DNA of 64,000 bases. Source: a virus. Location: the IMG/VR virus record IMGVR_UViG_3300047510_002187, positions 31,073 through 95,072 of that record; one strand, written 5' to 3'. This document shows positions 62,501 to 64,000 of this stretch, in pieces. The translations under genes and the position numbers were made by a program. Numbering within the stretch: position 1 is the stretch's first letter; the number at the start of each line of letters is the position of its first letter. Under the pieces are notes generated by a model, which did no database searches, was not told the DNA's origin, and saw only the letters and a list, made by a program, of their open reading frames with translations.

Positions 62501-64000
62501 AATAATTCATTTGACTATTCAGCATTTAAATTTACATTATATACTGATTCTAATTTTTCCAATGAATTTGAAACCTCTGAAAAAAATACAATCTTTAATG
62601 TTAGAAGATTTGGTAAAGTTGGCATTGATACTGATGCAAGATTAGTTATTGACTCTACGGAAAATATTGATGGTGATCTTTTTTATAATCTAACACCAAT
62701 TAATTTAAAGATCAATGATAAAGAAAATATAGAGATTATTTCCGATACTGATGTTATTGAAGCAAACAAAATTTCATTCAATGAAAGTCTATTGAATGGG
62801 AATCACACTATAGTTGGAATATCTACAACATCGTTTAATTTTAACTTAATTGGAAATCCAGAAAAATCGGAGTATAATACCAATAATTCATCACTTTACT
62901 ATACAACAAATTCTAAAAATTGTTCAGGCGAAATATCTGATATAAAAATATTTTCCGGTGGATCTAATTATAAATCCGTACCATTTGTAAAATCAATATC
63001 TTCCGATAATGGATATGGTGCGGTTTTAAAATTAAATAGTAAGTCTATAGGTTCTATTTTAAAAACTAAAAAATTAGATGTTTCATTTGATTATTCTTCT
63101 GATTTTACAATTCGCCCAACTTCAATACAACCACTTCTTTTTGAAGTTGAAAATATTTCATTAGTAGATAATGTGGAAGTTTTATTGCCTGGTAAAAATT
63201 ATACTATACCTCCAAAATTAATCCTGATTGATGGATATACGAATAAAATTATAGAAGATCTTGAATTAGATTATGATATTAGAAATAGAAAAGTAACTAT
63301 CATAAAAAATACACTAGGCATTAGTGATTATATACCAAAAATAATACCAGTAAATAATAGTAATGGTATTGATATAAGAAACATTTCTTATAATAACATT
63401 ACAAAAAATGTAACTGTAATATTAAATCCTGGATTTAGTAGAGAGCAGGATTTCCCATTTGATATTGGCGATAAAGTTTTTATAGAAAATATTAGTGTTG
63501 GTATAAGTAGTGATGGTAAAGGATATAATTCTTCTGATTATGATTATCAATTATTTGAAATAACTTCTGTTGATAAAAATATTGGTGGATCTGGCGGATC
63601 TGTGACATATAATATTTCAAAATATTTGAGTGGTAATGATAATCCTGGACAATTTGATTCATTTAATTCCTCGGGTAAAATAATTCCAGAAAAATATTTA
63701 CCATCATTTAGAGTAAATACAAAGAAAAAAGAATTTTATATTAATGAATCTATTGAAAGTGGATCTTCAAAGGGGAAAATACAGAGTATAGATCTTTTCA
63801 ATAATATATTGAAAATATCCAGTAAAGATAAGTTTAACCCCGGTGATATTTTAAAGGGAACATCGTCTAACTCAGTTGCGCAAATTAAATCAGTTACAAC
63901 ATTTAATTCAGTATATAATATAAATTCCAATTTTATGGGTGAAGAGGGATGGGAAAGGGAAACTGGATTCTTGAACAATACTACACAAAGAATACATGAT
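56579..64000 (+). CDS. giant gp7-like baseplate/tail structural protein, partial (more than 2470 codons, runs off the window)
   Basis: Single open frame from ATG 56579 to the window end, with no competing + ORFs in the track; the segment FELLFRALFGSDVEIIKPRDY resembles T4 gp7 YKFLFKVLYNEEVEIEIESG; follows gp6 as in T4. Confidence 0.55.
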   Translation, partial: MINNRVKFNLILENLVPEYVREEFPLVLEFLKEYYKSIENQGQTLDLLQNIDKYVQIDNITNLIDSTNLVTDITFFDDEIYVESIQGFPKRNGLLQIDSEVIFYEKILEFQKVENINIIIPTNSNIVYPIDVIGSLSDYAGCLLRIKDEDNNIIKIIKIDSIGSGLSLILSDIPFISDETFESEYVCEIVGSRFIGCKRGFSGVTSYTSINAIDKLTFSESESNDHIFGSIVKNLSILFLKEFFRKIKYQIAPGFQNIEFFGDLNESTFVKNIREFYTSKGTDCSFELLFRALFGSDVEIIKPRDYLIIPSDAQYRVFRNIIVESVNGDPRKLANRTLYQDQFAGINPAKGIVSKVEKVQKDSKDYYIISLDNTKENSYDLIFGNFSIHPKTKVTFESQIGSSYIDVDSTIGFPESGELVVEYENQTSDIITYKSKTSTQFLECEGITQSIPLLTDVKLNTFVYSIVDGETISVRIVGVISDLDLIDNSYYNKIGDEIEVKTLGIELDDVRSENWFFNIPVSYDVSSVSILDNNENQKDYEVILFDKHILKIGDPITLSSSLGQKSDGLVISFINEKTVAVRIKDLLDPSLKYILNKNISKVDSSNYKSLNQYSSNVQNVYSDANNEIYVNSQSLPNYLYEPLTINDNSIVFSGSYNNTEELNIGPHNFYTGDSVIYKPGEGSNKLNIEKGIYFVKRVNSTTIKLSRSRNNIYTNINFLRLSGDVVNNKLEFTKFNFPNLETKLLEPQNILRKITPDFDKSDSTTLPGTIGILVNGVELLNYKSNDQIFYGEIKSIIPSSEGSGYDVINPPDLIISDPIGFGAQAYCAVNGSLDRIDIVDPGFDYLEVPKIQIAGGNGTGASAVAELVNYNYSVNFDISNVNVITDTIGFSTYHNFRTGEVVKYLPLNNIPVSGLTTNSIYYISVIDNLNIKLHKSFEDSVSGINTLPLSNVGGKYHRLTSENLKRKLGSIRVVNGGKNYQNKKRICYPTGINTYSDTILINNHGYSSGEIITYNSTQGSPIGLTSSTSYYVTKINDNEFKLSQIGISTLGISTSFYYETRQYVKLSSQGAGKHIFNYPKIEVTISGKVGTYSTVQTYQAKIQPIFSGKIESVFIEDGGNSYGSNEILNYTKQPEIKLLTGTDAQVEPIISDGKIVDVIIKNPGKNYYSTPKLEITGSGSGCILTPVVKFGVLFEVKIISSGAGYNNQTKIDVIPPGIGAKFEASIQSWRINIVERIFRNNTITSDDGVIYEGKGKNSSLEYTHLYAPRKLRSSVFGTRTINGSTIYSQDLELIDGKESDSVSHSPIIGWAYDGNPIYGPYGYSSITGGSVKQMIPGYELVIKDNRPNLDLYPLGIFIEDYEFLNTGDLDKHNGRYCITPEFPNGTYAYFSTFNTFVETREGSLFNKYKKPAFPYLIGNTYKSNPIKFNISINSNLNKFDLNKEKWLRNTKPYSLLNKNTYYNFIQNSDKNRRQISIVEQINSGKIDSVGIITGGYDYKVGDKLIVDDTNTSGFGFNASVSSIKGIKLLKVESATEIIDDVEILFNNSKLISFSTSPHNLFNNDIVTINSKYDFNARGLVKLTQNNLVLTTGIGSTLTTGIITYLNVSGNLNYPNVRENDVYQIDQEKVKILAIDKNSSRIKVLREFDNSVGVNSAVSGSILTEKTRKFEIRLNSSGLSTESILDVNKEIYFDPNETIGIGTTSGVGITSTIYFSNPGVGITFISIPTKSLYLPEHNLETGDELTYSTNNGSSILVSLDGINGFSLPNDSKVYVSRISSNLIGISTDNNNTLYFLSSGSGINHSFKTNYKNIFKGRVSKTIVTSTTDGSHNLLLNDEINLKIQSKTIETFKVRYNKNNRRLLINPINFLSSAVNVDDNTIRLPNHGLRSGQKIIYTSSSPSLGLVNNEIYYVINVSSDDIGLSSTLYDSTKNFPSFINIESSSSGTISPINPKINITKNNQVIFDLSDSSLSFKNNSFDYSAFKFTLYTDSNFSNEFETSEKNTIFNVRRFGKVGIDTDARLVIDSTENIDGDLFYNLTPINLKINDKENIEIISDTDVIEANKISFNESLLNGNHTIVGISTTSFNFNLIGNPEKSEYNTNNSSLYYTTNSKNCSGEISDIKIFSGGSNYKSVPFVKSISSDNGYGAVLKLNSKSIGSILKTKKLDVSFDYSSDFTIRPTSIQPLLFEVENISLVDNVEVLLPGKNYTIPPKLILIDGYTNKIIEDLELDYDIRNRKVTIIKNTLGISDYIPKIIPVNNSNGIDIRNISYNNITKNVTVILNPGFSREQDFPFDIGDKVFIENISVGISSDGKGYNSSDYDYQLFEITSVDKNIGGSGGSVTYNISKYLSGNDNPGQFDSFNSSGKIIPEKYLPSFRVNTKKKEFYINESIESGSSKGKIQSIDLFNNILKISSKDKFNPGDILKGTSSNSVAQIKSVTTFNSVYNINSNFMGEEGWERETGFLNNTTQRIHD

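Overview
This window reads as the hyperplastic (mostly early/accessory) region of an AT-rich T4-like marine myovirus, running into the baseplate module at its 3' end. A gp25 homolog (exact NYEPR motif), a gp6 homolog (DYDFEGS..L..LLAYNT motif) and a giant gp7-like ORF that runs off the window identify the phage type. Almost all genes are on the + strand, small, and translationally coupled by ATGA or ATGACTGA stop-start overlaps. About 30 copies of a roughly 50-nt intergenic cassette divide the region into transcription units. Each has a 5' box (aaaCCGTCACA / aaCTGGCACA / aaCTGTCACA), a variable hairpin, a -10-like TAtaaT exactly about 30 nt downstream of the box, and a conserved leader. A second, host-like TTGACA-17-TAnnnT promoter class carrying a CATAAGA motif clusters at 41.1-46.0 kb. 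Four homing endonucleases are present (three GIY-YIG, one on the minus strand with a perfect TATAAATA late promoter; one HNH). The accessory content includes a dCMP-deaminase-like protein, an Rnl2-type RNA-ligase domain protein plus a ligase C-terminal fossil next to a CCA-adding tRNA nucleotidyltransferase, a Toprim protein, an SPFH/prohibitin protein, a minimal type IV prepilin, and LRV-repeat micro-gene arrays. Two compositionally foreign blocks stand out. The first is a GC-elevated block at about 27.1-34.5 kb encoding a compact ubiquitin-like beta-grasp protein, a JAB/JAMM peptidase, a Cys-rich protein of unknown function and an E1-like ThiF/MoeB enzyme; I consider this the most exciting system in the window. 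The second is a strongly GC-rich island at about 43.2-51.4 kb of small novel genes, which uses the same promoter cassette with GC-rich hairpins, a conserved TCAGTTCACCAC leader, and four copies of a roughly 150-nt terminator-proximal conserved non-coding element. All GC statements are by eye (codon usage and base runs), not computed.
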